NCBI GenBank assembly: GCA_963717465.1
Contig: OY970340.1
Coordinates: 736,001-800,000, forward strand
DNA: 64,000 nucleotides
Source of the DNA: Candidatus Bathyarchaeota archaeon
Lineage (GTDB): Archaea > Thermoproteota > Bathyarchaeia > Bathyarchaeales > Bathycorpusculaceae
Direction of reading: 5' to 3'
Shown here: positions 18,206-28,069 of the stretch, in pieces
Layout: each line of letters begins with the position of its first letter
How positions within the stretch are numbered: the first letter of the stretch is position 1
Notes under the pieces: generated by a model
Seen by the model: the letters and a program-made list of their open reading frames with translations, nothing else
What the model was told of the DNA's origin: nothing
Databases searched by the model: none
Program-made: the position numbers and the translations under genes

Positions 18206-19957
18206 ATGTCTGTATCTTCATCGCTAACTGGTCGCCCAACGCCTATCTTATCCAAAGGCTACTCTAGGCTGAGGGACGTTAGAAGAAATAACATTAAGGT
18301 TGCAGTTTGGCTTTCCGAGAGCTTAAAAACAATGTTGGGTCCAAAAGGGATGAACAAGATGCTAGTGGACGTGCTCGGAAAACCACTTATTACAAATGAT
18401 GGAAGAGAGGCGCTGGATAACATGGGTGCCACTAATCCTGTTGCCAAGATGATCATAGAAATTGCGAGAACCCAAGATTTCGTAGCTGGTGACGGCACGA
18501 AAACCTCTGTAATTCTCGCTGGAGAACTGCTAAAAAAAGCTGAAAAACTGTTAAACCAGAAAGTCCATCCAATATTTATAATCAAGGGTTATGAAGTAGC
18601 GTCCAAAAAGGCCCTAACGTTTCTAGATACTCTTGCCACCGGTGTGTCAATCGAAGACGAGGCGACTTTGAAAAAACTTGTCAAAACAGTTATTGGTGGC
18701 AGGCTTGATGAAGACTCTAAGAATCATCTCACTAATCTTATTGTTACTGCAGCCAAGACGATTGCTGAAGAAAAATCAGGCAAAATAGTTGTAGATCCTA
18801 TTCATTTGGACATAAAGAAGCAAGAGGGAAAAAGCGTAAAAGATACGGAACTAGTTAGCGGCTTAGTCCTCACTAGAACGAAGCCTCACATAAAGATGCC
18901 AGATAAGATTGAAAATCCAAAAATTGCATTAGTTAAATTACCCCTTGATCCTCATGCGCACAGAGCTGTAGAAACACGCAAAATAATCATGCTTAATCGC
19001 CCAGAGGATTTGAAGGGAATCAGCGATATGGCAATTGAGCATGCTCAAGGTATTGTGAATCAAGTTAAACGCGCTGGAGCAAACGTGTTGTGCTGCCGCA
19101 AGACGATTAGTGACCTCATTCTAAGTTGTTTTGCAGACGCTGGTATACTCGCTTTGAATCTAGTTTCAGAAGAAGACTTACTAAGACTTGAGAAAGCGAC
19201 GGGAGCCAAGATCGTGATGAGTATGAATGAATTAACTGCTGAAGACTTAGGCCAGGCTGGATTGGCAGAATATAGAAGCTCATCGTTCCATGAACTCCTA
19301 TTTGTTGATCGATGCAAAGATCCAAGGGCTGTCACAATACTAGTTAGAGGTGGCACTGTTCAAATGGTCGCAGAAATAGAAAGGATAATTAAAGATTGCA
19401 TCAAAGCGATTTCGGTGGCAATAGAAGCTGGAAAAGTTATTTCAGGCGGCGGAGCTGCAGAGATTGAAATCGCCCGAAAACTAAGAGCTTTATCAAGGAC
19501 GTATAAAGGCAAGGAACAGTTGGCGATAGAAGCTTTCGCTGAAGCTGTGGAGACTATTCCAAGAACTCTTGCATCTAACGCTGGTTTAGACCCAATCGAT
19601 GTACTGGTAGAGTTAAGGTCAGGTCATGCTAATGGCAACGTGAATCTCGGGGTTAATGGGCTTGGGCGTAAGGTTGAAGATATGGCGGAGAGAGGCTGTT
19701 TAGATGCATTCACCGTCAAGCAGCATGCAATTAAAGTTTCTTGCGAGATTGCCCAGATGATTTTAAGGATTGACGATGCCGTAGCCGCTACGAATCTGAA
19801 GGTAATTAAAGCTGAGAAGAAGAGGAAAGAAGACGAGGTTGCATTCAAGACTAACGAGAGGGTTATTGAAGCAAGTAAAAATCGTGAGGAGTTTAAAGAA
19901 CTCGAAAAGTTTGATAAAGAATTAGACTATAGACAGGAGCATCCAGAAGTTCTTTAA
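18206..19957 (+). CDS. ths: Group II chaperonin (thermosome subunit), divergent
   Basis: LGPKGMNKML, ITNDG, GDGTKT, GGGAAE, NAGLDPI, ILRIDD. Confidence 0.9.
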   Translation: MSVSSSLTGRPTPILSKGYSRLRDVRRNNIKVAVWLSESLKTMLGPKGMNKMLVDVLGKPLITNDGREALDNMGATNPVAKMIIEIARTQDFVAGDGTKTSVILAGELLKKAEKLLNQKVHPIFIIKGYEVASKKALTFLDTLATGVSIEDEATLKKLVKTVIGGRLDEDSKNHLTNLIVTAAKTIAEEKSGKIVVDPIHLDIKKQEGKSVKDTELVSGLVLTRTKPHIKMPDKIENPKIALVKLPLDPHAHRAVETRKIIMLNRPEDLKGISDMAIEHAQGIVNQVKRAGANVLCCRKTISDLILSCFADAGILALNLVSEEDLLRLEKATGAKIVMSMNELTAEDLGQAGLAEYRSSSFHELLFVDRCKDPRAVTILVRGGTVQMVAEIERIIKDCIKAISVAIEAGKVISGGGAAEIEIARKLRALSRTYKGKEQLAIEAFAEAVETIPRTLASNAGLDPIDVLVELRSGHANGNVNLGVNGLGRKVEDMAERGCLDAFTVKQHAIKVSCEIAQMILRIDDAVAATNLKVIKAEKKRKEDEVAFKTNERVIEASKNREEFKELEKFDKELDYRQEHPEVL

Positions 19958-19973
19958 TCATTAAACAATGGCG

Positions 19974-20603
19974 TTAGTAGAAACAGGGGATGTATTCTCT
20001 AACCCTGAATTTAACCGCTAGCTCCTTTGTGACAGCCTCAACTTTCTGTATATCAACTTCTGGCATCCGTACAGCAGTGACTTCAACATCAAGCACGTCC
20101 TTTGCTCTTCGAATGAAATCGAGCACTTCTTCGTAAGCATCGTCAAAAGTTGGTCTGCAAATCTCATTGTACGTTCCTTTTTCGCCTGCGTTCAGGCTGA
20201 CGCTGACTTTATTGATGCCTGCGGTTTTTAATTCATCAGCTATATCTCTGCCTGGATTAAGCTTGTAGCCATGCCCGTTAGTGTTAACTCGAAGTTGAAC
20301 TTGCCTCCAAAAATTACTTCGTATCCACCTGGCGACCTCTAATAAACCATCAAGCCTCGCAGTAGGCTCTCCAAATCCGCAAAAAACGATTTCCGACCAG
20401 TTTCTCATATACAAAACATCGCTCAGTTCAGAAGTAATGTCCTCTATCGATGGGTCTTCACTTAATTTTAGGTTAAAGCCACCTACTCCACGCCTAAAGT
20501 TCCTAAGGCAAAAAAAGCAATTGTTTGAGCAATGGTTAGTTATATTGAGGTAAAGCTTGTCTTCCATCCAGTAAACAGTGACCGGTTTTTCACAATTACT
20601 CAT
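19974..20603 (-). CDS. TatD-associated radical SAM protein
   Basis: LYLNITNHCSNNCFFC, VFCGFGEPT, RVNTNGHG, VSVSLNA. Confidence 0.85.
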   Translation of the reverse strand: MSNCEKPVTVYWMEDKLYLNITNHCSNNCFFCLRNFRRGVGGFNLKLSEDPSIEDITSELSDVLYMRNWSEIVFCGFGEPTARLDGLLEVARWIRSNFWRQVQLRVNTNGHGYKLNPGRDIADELKTAGINKVSVSLNAGEKGTYNEICRPTFDDAYEEVLDFIRRAKDVLDVEVTAVRMPEVDIQKVEAVTKELAVKFRVREYIPCFY

Positions 20604-20818
20604 GTTTTTCCCATATTACTAAGCTAATACACTCAAACTTTTATTTTAATGTAAAAGACTGCCCCAAAACATCTTTACGTGCGTCAGCTTTTTTAACTGC
20701 TTCTTCAGGGCTTATGCGCTTTTTTCATCTTATTTTAATGATTTTCTAACAAAATTTTTAGTGGGCGCATCAAACGATTTAAATAATAGTTTTGGAATAA
20801 ACCCAAAGGGAGATAAAA

Positions 20819-21061
20819 ATGAGCTCGCCTGAAGAAAAAATAATAAAGAAAATAAATGCACATATGAAGCAAGAACGGGGGAGAGTAAGATTCCAAAGTC
20901 TATCCCTGCTCATGATGGAAGTCACCATGGACGACTTATTCACCATACTTAAAAAGATGAAAACAGAAGGATCAATAACTTTCGGAGACGAAAACGGTCC
21001 AACCTCAGAAGTCCCCGCACTTCCAACACCAGCCTTATACGTTTACAGCACAAATAAGTAA
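20819..21061 (+). CDS. Small hypothetical protein
   Basis: GGGAG RBS and TTTAAATA TATA-like box upstream. Confidence 0.55.
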   Translation: MSSPEEKIIKKINAHMKQERGRVRFQSLSLLMMEVTMDDLFTILKKMKTEGSITFGDENGPTSEVPALPTPALYVYSTNK

Positions 21062-21292
21062 AATAGGTCTCCACTAGAGCGCGTTCTTCCACGCTCCTTT
21101 CTTATCATTTTTTTTATTGCCAAAACATAACCTAAACTGTTATTTTTTGCCGCAGTCTCATTACTGGAAGCAAGCACAAAGCAAAAAAAAGCCGTTATTT
21201 GAGCAATAAATGGTAATTCTTAGGCAAATGAGTAAACTCGTCCAAAATGGTTTTACTTCACCACAATAGAATATTTATCAAGTGAAGTTGAA

Positions 21293-22162
21293 GTGCCGTT
21301 AATCACTAGTTTCGACCCTTGGCGTAGTGGTCTTTGTACTTGTCCAATCAAACTTACTTTTAACCCTTATACTGGCTGCGACCACAAATGTGTCTACTGC
21401 TATGCATCAAGCTACATCCGCAACTTCACTGATTGCCACCCAAAAAAGGACATTTACGAAGCCCTCAAACGTGAAGCAACAAAACTTAATGGAGAAATAA
21501 TCTCCATATCGAACTCTTCTGATCCTTACCCGAAAATTGAAGTTTCAATCGGGCATACACGGAAATGTCTTCAAATCCTTTCAAAAAGTGATTGCAAAAT
21601 CCAAATAATAACAAAAGGCGATATTGTTACGCGAGATGTTGATTTGCTACTTGATGTTCCTTCAACAGTTGCGTTAACAGTAATAACCGACGATGATTCA
21701 ATCGCTAAAATTCTTGAGCCAGAAGCACCCTCACCAACTCAGCGCATAAGTGCTGCTCAAAACCTTATAAAAAAAGGAATTCCCGTCTCAGTGCGCATTG
21801 ACCCAATAATTCCATTCGTTAATGATAACCAAGAAAAACTTGTTGCTGCACTGTCAAGCATCGGTGTTACGCATATAACAAGCTCAACCTACAAGGTTAA
21901 ACCAGACAATTGGAGGCGTCTTTGCACGGCGTTGCCTAAAGCAGCTGAAAAATTGAAGCCGCTTTATTTTCAACAAGGCGAAAAAGTCGGCGGCAACATG
22001 CTTTTGCCAAGAGACTTGCGGTTTAAACTGTTGAAAAACATTCGTGACTTAGCCGACTTGCACGGCATTAAATTTGGCGTTTGCAGAGAAGGCATACCTA
22101 AACTTAACACAGCATCCTGTGATGGTTCATGGTTAATCCATAAGAAACGGTTGGAAGCCTGA
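21293..22162 (+). CDS. Spore-photoproduct-lyase-like radical SAM protein
   Basis: NPYTGCDHKCVYCYA, SNSSDPYP, ITK, EP.APSP.QR, RIDPIIP. Confidence 0.85.
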   Translation: MPLITSFDPWRSGLCTCPIKLTFNPYTGCDHKCVYCYASSYIRNFTDCHPKKDIYEALKREATKLNGEIISISNSSDPYPKIEVSIGHTRKCLQILSKSDCKIQIITKGDIVTRDVDLLLDVPSTVALTVITDDDSIAKILEPEAPSPTQRISAAQNLIKKGIPVSVRIDPIIPFVNDNQEKLVAALSSIGVTHITSSTYKVKPDNWRRLCTALPKAAEKLKPLYFQQGEKVGGNMLLPRDLRFKLLKNIRDLADLHGIKFGVCREGIPKLNTASCDGSWLIHKKRLEA

Positions 22163-22167
22163 AAATC

Positions 22168-23269
22168 ATGCAAGCCCGTGTTATCATGCTGGTTGACTTC
22201 GATTACTTCTTTGCGCAATGCGAGGAACTTCGAAACCCAGCTTTGAAAGAAAAACCCGTAGTTGTCGGAGTCTATTCAGGTCGCACGGAAGATAGTGGCG
22301 CCGTAAGCACCAGCAATTACATTGCTCGAGAATATGGCGTTAAATCAGGGATGCCCCTGTTCTTGGCAAAGCGAAAACTTGAAGGCAAAGACGCAGTTTT
22401 CTTGCCAGTTGACCATACCTATTATGAACAAATAAGCGGAAAAATAATGGGGTCGTTACGAGGCTTTGCTGAGGCGTTTGAGCAGGTAAGCATAGACGAA
22501 GCTTACCTTGATGTATCATCGAAAGTCCAATGCAGTTTTGAAAATGCACGAATTCTTGCTCAAAAAATGAAAAATGAAATCAAGGGTCAGCTAAGGATAT
22601 CTTTTTCGGTTGGTATTGGGTCTAACAAGCTCTTGGCTAAAATTGCATGTGACAGCCAAAAACCAGACGGCTTAACCGTTGTCACTCCGCAGGAAATTCA
22701 TGATTTTCTTTCGCCCTTGCCCGTTGACAGATTGCTCGGTGTTGGAAAAAAGATTAGTGCTAAGAATGGCAGAATTAAGCATTAAAACAATCGGCGACTT
22801 GGCAAATTATGATGTGCAGATTCTAGTGGATGTCTTCGGAAAAACGTTAGGCGTTTACTTCCATAATGCCGCTAACGGCGTTGACGATGAACCTGTGGTG
22901 GAGCAAGGGGAAGCTGAATCCATCAGTAGAATAGCCACTCTAAAAAGCGATACACACGACCTCGCGTTTATTTTGCAGAAAACTGACCAGCTTGCTAACG
23001 AAATCGGTAAGGAACTTATGCAGAAGGACCTGAGTTACAAGCAAGTCACAATTATAGCCATCCTGACTGATTTAAGCACGAAAAGCCGTTCAGTAACACT
23101 TGAACATGCCACTAAAGATGCTGAAATAATCATGCACTCGGTAAGGTTGCTTCTTGAAAAGTTTCTGGGTGAATCAACACTTGATATCCGCAGGATAGGC
23201 GTAAAAGTCTCAGGTTTTTGCAAAGAAGAAAAAGGACAAAAACAGCTAACAAGTTTTTTTTCGAAGTAA
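22168..23269 (+). CDS. dinB: DNA polymerase IV (Y family), frameshifted near 22765
   Basis: VDFDYFFAQ, YIAREYGVKSGMP, SIDEAYLD, KPDG, GVGKK, RRIGV. Confidence 0.92.
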
Positions 23270-23330
23270 ATAATTACTTTTCAGAAAACTTTTTTTCGAA
23301 GGAAAACAAGATTTCTAGAGGTTTTTACAT

Positions 23331-23924
23331 TTGTCTTCTGAAAATCAAAATAGTCTACCTCCTAACCAGACAGAAATAAAACGACTTTTACGCTGGGGGA
23401 AAGATCATCCTGGAATAAAATCAGCCACGCCACAATTAAAACTTGAAACATACCAATTAACCATCGATGGAGAAGTGCAAAATCCAGTGCGGCTTAAATG
23501 GGCTGACTTCTTAGCGTTGCCTCAGTCAGTGTCTGTGAGCGATTTTCACTGTGTCGAAAGTTGGAGCGTTAAAAACCTCAAATGGGAAGGAGTTCGCATT
23601 AGAGATATAGAAAAGCTCGTTAAGCCCTTAGACGTGGCAAAAGCTGTTACTTTTGAATCCGCAGACTCCTACAAAACTTCACTTTACCGCAATGAACTAT
23701 CAGGCGACGACGTTTTATTAGCCTACAAACTTAACGACGAGGTACTTGAGGAAGGGTACGGCTTTCCAGTGCGACTAGTTGTACCATCCAAATATGCCTA
23801 CAAAAGTGCCTTGTGGGTTATTGCTTTACATTTTACTCGTGATAAAGAATTGGGTTACTGGGAGAAACGCGGATACAGCGACAGCGCTGACGTCTGGAAG
23901 AACGACCGTTACAAACGATCATAA
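23331..23924 (+). CDS. Sulfite-oxidase-like molybdopterin-binding oxidoreductase
   Basis: DFHCVESWS, WEGV, GFPVRLVVP.KYAYKS..W, GYWEKRGY. Confidence 0.88.
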   Translation: MSSENQNSLPPNQTEIKRLLRWGKDHPGIKSATPQLKLETYQLTIDGEVQNPVRLKWADFLALPQSVSVSDFHCVESWSVKNLKWEGVRIRDIEKLVKPLDVAKAVTFESADSYKTSLYRNELSGDDVLLAYKLNDEVLEEGYGFPVRLVVPSKYAYKSALWVIALHFTRDKELGYWEKRGYSDSADVWKNDRYKRS

Positions 23925-24031
23925 AGCCCTCATGCAAAACAATGGGTAAAACCAAACATGTCCGCTTTTTATTTTCAGTTTAACTGTTTATATGCCTGTT
24001 TCTGGAATCAATCGTAATAGAGGTTAAACTC

Positions 24032-24478
24032 TTGGATTTCACAGAAGCAAAGTTGGGTAAAATCTTTATTCTCAGATTGCGTGATGGAGAAAGATTGCAC
24101 GAGGTTATAGAATCCTTTGCTCAAAAACAAAAAATCAAAAGCGCATTGTGCTTTTTTTTAGGCGGGGCACAAGATAAAAGCAAAGTTGTCGTAGGACCAA
24201 AAGAAGGCAACGCTATGCCCCCAAATCCAATGGTGACTCTATTGAAAGGAGTACATGAAGCGTGCGGTGTGGGCACAATTTTCCTAAATGAAGCCGGAGA
24301 ACCCAAACTGCATATGCACGCAAGCTTCGGAAGAAACGATAACGCAGTCACAGGCTGTGTTAGAATGGGCGTTGACGTCTGGCAAATTGGCGAAGCCGTA
24401 ATTCTGGAGTTATCCGGCGCTTCGGCTAAAAGAGTAAAAGATAAGCGCTCTGGTTTTGAAGTTTTAGAAACTTCCTAA
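24032..24478 (+). CDS. PPC/DUF296 domain protein
   Basis: RL.DGE, GA, G.GT, LHMH.SFG. Confidence 0.82.
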   Translation: MDFTEAKLGKIFILRLRDGERLHEVIESFAQKQKIKSALCFFLGGAQDKSKVVVGPKEGNAMPPNPMVTLLKGVHEACGVGTIFLNEAGEPKLHMHASFGRNDNAVTGCVRMGVDVWQIGEAVILELSGASAKRVKDKRSGFEVLETS

Positions 24479-24621
24479 GCGCCTTAATTCTTTGGGAATT
24501 ACATTTTTTAAAATCCAAATATTTTCAATAAAAATTCAGTTATTTTGCCAGAATTTCTTTTTTGCTAAATAGTTATTCTTTTATATTTCTTTGGTCCCAG
24601 AAAAGGGAACGGGGTGAAGGG

Positions 24622-24897
24622 TTGACGAGCATTAGAAAACGCTTAGACAACGTCTTAAATGAGCTGTCAAACTTAGGCAGAGAGCCTGACGAAAAGGCGT
24701 GCGGTAATATTGCAGCTGAATTAGCTATCATTAGAGGAGCCTTTAAGGAATCATATCAGTTTCCTGTTTGCTGTTTTACTTATGATGCTAACGGTAAAGT
24801 CATCTGTGACATGAACGGTCCATTTGCAATCGAAGAATTCATGAATAAATGCAGACTTTGTCAAGCCCAAATTAAAGAAATTCTTACGATTCTCTAA
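24622..24897 (+). CDS. Cys-containing hypothetical protein
   Basis: GGTGA RBS before TTG 24622; CC...C...CRLC. Confidence 0.5.
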   Translation: MTSIRKRLDNVLNELSNLGREPDEKACGNIAAELAIIRGAFKESYQFPVCCFTYDANGKVICDMNGPFAIEEFMNKCRLCQAQIKEILTIL

Positions 24898-25069
24898 GGG
24901 AAATTATCTCGAAAATAAGGAAAATTCCTTCAAGCCTATGGAAAATCCGGAAAATACCGGAACGCGTCTTCTAATTTATGTTTATTTGCCTACTGCTTTT
25001 GTTATGGTCAGATTACAATCACACAAGTTTAAGCGTTAATTTTACTTTAAATTTTTTAGGTGATTTTAA

Positions 25070-25339
25070 ATGGAAAAATATCTAGTTTTTGTAAAATTGC
25101 ACCCATCCAAAACTGAGCCATTCTTTAATTCTTTAAACGCACTTGATAAGGAGCCGATGGAAGGAGTCAAAGTTATTGCCACTTACAACGTTTTTGGAAA
25201 TTGGGACTTCGCCGTATGGTTCGAAGCCGACAGCAATGATAACGCTTTGCATTTCGTCGGTGACATGATCAGGCCAATGGAGGGCATCATAGAAACTTCA
25301 ACGATGCCGACAAGCCTAATAAAAGAATACAAAATGTAA
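25070..25339 (+). CDS. Lrp/AsnC ligand-binding or GYD-like stand-alone domain
   Basis: YNVFGNWDF...EA, I..MEGIIETSTM; AGGTGA RBS. Confidence 0.7.
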   Translation: MEKYLVFVKLHPSKTEPFFNSLNALDKEPMEGVKVIATYNVFGNWDFAVWFEADSNDNALHFVGDMIRPMEGIIETSTMPTSLIKEYKM

Positions 25340-25475
25340 AATACACCCTTTTTTCTTTAAACCACTTTTGCAAAGTGCACGAACGTTTTTGACGATTAGC
25401 TTAACCTTCCGTCTTTTTGAATCGAAGTAAATGAGAATGTCTCTTTCATACTTCGTCTTTTTTTGAGGCTCGCAC

Positions 25476-26156
25476 TTGAATAAAAAACCAGAGAAAAACC
25501 AGATTCAACTGTGCGATCTGTTAAAGCAGTTTGGCATGCTTTACTCTGAAGAGCTTGGAATAGACGTTGAGAGAGACCCGTTTAAGTGGTTTTTGGCTTC
25601 ATTTCTTTTTGGAGCAAGAATTTCGGCAACGATAGCTAAGAATACTTACAAGATTTATGAACGCGAAGGACTGACGACTCCAAAGAAACTTGCGTTGGCT
25701 GACCTGATGGTTTTGATTCGAATTCATGGGAAAGGCGGTTATGGTCACTATGATGGCGTTACAGCAAGATACGTTAATGCAATAGCGAATAAACTCTTGG
25801 CAGATTACGGTGGAAAAATCACTGAACTAGACAAGCGGAGCAAAAGTCCGACTGAGCTAGAAGCTAGGCTATTAGAATTCAAAGGCATTGGACCTGTTAG
25901 GGCACAGATTTTTCTTAGGGAACTTAGAGGCGTCTGGAATAACGCTGACCCACAGCTAACTGCAATGGAGATTTCAACCGCTAGACATCTAAAGATAATA
26001 GATTCTGACTTTGAAGCTTTGGAAAAGCTCAAAGATTTTTGGCGAAAGAACGCGGTTAAAGGTTTTGATTTTCGAAATTTTGAGAGTGCACTTGTAAGGT
26101 ATGGGTTGAAATTGCGAAGAAGAAAAATCATCAAAGAGCTAGAAATAACTTTGTAG
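25476..26156 (+). CDS. HhH-GPD superfamily-like protein
   Basis: FKWFLASFLFGARIS, GGYGHYD, FKGIGP...IFLRELR..W. Confidence 0.75.
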   Translation: MNKKPEKNQIQLCDLLKQFGMLYSEELGIDVERDPFKWFLASFLFGARISATIAKNTYKIYEREGLTTPKKLALADLMVLIRIHGKGGYGHYDGVTARYVNAIANKLLADYGGKITELDKRSKSPTELEARLLEFKGIGPVRAQIFLRELRGVWNNADPQLTAMEISTARHLKIIDSDFEALEKLKDFWRKNAVKGFDFRNFESALVRYGLKLRRRKIIKELEITL

Positions 26157-26157
26157 G

Positions 26158-26269
26158 CGCCGGGAGGGGGATTTGAACCCCCGTGGCCCCGAGAGGCCAC
26201 AAGCTGATTGGTGCTTTTTATATGTAAGCATCTCCAGGCTTGCTCCCTGCCTGGCTAGGAGACCCCGGC
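26158..26269 (-). tRNA. tRNA-Ser(GGA) with 26-nt intron at 37/38 (26206-26231)
   Basis: GCCGGGG acceptor, CAAGC/GCTTG anticodon stem, CTGGAG loop, long variable arm, GGGGGTTCAAATCCCCC T-arm. Confidence 0.93.
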
Positions 26270-26471
26270 ATTACTAGTCTGGGTGCATTTCTTTTCTGAG
26301 ATTAAATACATAAAGGTTTACTGTTTTTCGATTTATACTTGTGTGTTTGTTTGGACTTTTGATATTGTTAACGATGATTAGTGTTTATAAACGAGGCAAA
26401 AATTATATATGTTGGCAGACAAATAAGCACCTAAAGTAAGCCAAATAATCTGTAAGTCGTAAATAGAAAGG

Positions 26472-27464
26472 GTGGGCTTTTCAACGAAGCGAATAATAGT
26501 TACAGGTGTTGGTGGAGCAGCGGGTATCTCGATACTTTTAAGTCTCAAACGAAGCAATGATTACTACGTAATAGGTGTCGATTCAGACCCGTATGCCACT
26601 GGTCAATTCTTAGCCAGCGCTTTTCATGTTCTGCCAAAAGCAGATGATCCACTTTTCATCCCGTCGCTTCTTAACCTTTCACAAGGATGCGACGCCATGT
26701 TTTGCACTGTAGACGAAGAGATACCCAAAATAAACAGTGAAAAAAAAGCCTTTGGTTGCAAGATTTTTCTTTCAGAAACTGAATCAGTGGAAGCATGCTT
26801 GAACAAACTAAAATCTGCTCAGTTGATGAAAGCAAATAATATTCCAGTGCCGCAAACTTGGGCTTATGAAAAACGAGCGTCAGCTGTAAGAAAGATTGGT
26901 TTTCCATTAATTGTCAAACCAGTCATGGGCCGAGGCGGAAAAGATGTATTTAAAGTTTCTAATTTAAATGCACTTACTGCTGTCAGTTATTTGGTTCAGA
27001 AAAAATTATTAGTGCAAGAATACTTGCCTGAACCTGAATACACGGTTGACGTCCTTGCAAATGAACATTCGCAATTAAGAAAAATCGTGGCAAGAGAACG
27101 AGTTAGAGTAAAAGCTGGTGTTGCAACTGTTAGCAGGGTTGTTGATCCTCAGCCATTTATTGGGCCTGTCAAGCGTATTCTTGCCACATTTGGTTTGAAG
27201 TACATTTTCATGGTTCAATTTAGGTCTAATCCAGTCCAAGTCATAGAAATTGGTCCCAGACCCGCTGGAACACTAATTCTCTCCACCGAAGCCAATGTAA
27301 ACATGCCTCTCATGCTTTTAGAGAACACTTATGATAACAACTTAACGGTTCCATACCAATCCGATGTTTGGTACTACAGGCTAAATCAAGGAATAGTATT
27401 TAAAAGATCAATTCCAACGCCTGTAGCAAATCCCGAGTTATCTCCAAAGGTTGATTTATCATGA
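26472..27464 (+). CDS. ATP-grasp domain protein (CarB-like, glycan-operon type)
   Basis: VTGVGG, PLIVKP..GRGG, VQEYL..PEYTVD, IEIGPRPAG. Confidence 0.82.
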   Translation: MGFSTKRIIVTGVGGAAGISILLSLKRSNDYYVIGVDSDPYATGQFLASAFHVLPKADDPLFIPSLLNLSQGCDAMFCTVDEEIPKINSEKKAFGCKIFLSETESVEACLNKLKSAQLMKANNIPVPQTWAYEKRASAVRKIGFPLIVKPVMGRGGKDVFKVSNLNALTAVSYLVQKKLLVQEYLPEPEYTVDVLANEHSQLRKIVARERVRVKAGVATVSRVVDPQPFIGPVKRILATFGLKYIFMVQFRSNPVQVIEIGPRPAGTLILSTEANVNMPLMLLENTYDNNLTVPYQSDVWYYRLNQGIVFKRSIPTPVANPELSPKVDLS

Positions 27465-28069
27465 ATGTGCTCGTGGTAGCTCCTCACGCCGACGATGCAG
27501 AAATAATGTGCGGCGGAACAATTGTTCATCACATTAGAAACGGCGATAAAGTAACTTTCTTGATTCTCTGCAGTGAATACCTCAATGCTCCAAGCTCACT
27601 AAGACAAGCTGAAGCAAAAGAAAGTGTAAGAAGGCTTGGTGTAAATGAACTTGCCTTTGGAGGGCTAACGGACGGCAGCATCACTGACACCTCAAGCACC
27701 GTTTCCGTTATTGATGAATATATCAAAAAAACCAAGGCAAACCTAATCTACACAACCAGCACAAAAGATAGGCATCAGGATCACAGAAATACGTGCAGGG
27801 CAGTCGAATCTGCAGCCCGCCATGACGTAAACCTTCTCTCATGCGAAATGCCATCGGGCAGTCAAAACTTCTTTCCAACCTTTTTCGTTGACATTTCTGA
27901 TTCAATAAAAGAAAAAATTAATGCTATCGAAGCGCATGTCTCTCAGAACAATGGTCACTCCATAGTGACATCCGTTATTGAAACAATGGCAAAATTCAGA
28001 GGCTCACAAGTTTACACTGAGTATGCAGAAGCATTCGAACCTATACATTACTTAATTAGGCGATTCTAA
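27461..28069 (+). CDS. PIG-L family deacetylase
   Basis: APHADDAE..CGG, R..EA, HQDH, HVSQ, YAEAF. Confidence 0.9.
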   Translation: MNVLVVAPHADDAEIMCGGTIVHHIRNGDKVTFLILCSEYLNAPSSLRQAEAKESVRRLGVNELAFGGLTDGSITDTSSTVSVIDEYIKKTKANLIYTTSTKDRHQDHRNTCRAVESAARHDVNLLSCEMPSGSQNFFPTFFVDISDSIKEKINAIEAHVSQNNGHSIVTSVIETMAKFRGSQVYTEYAEAFEPIHYLIRRF

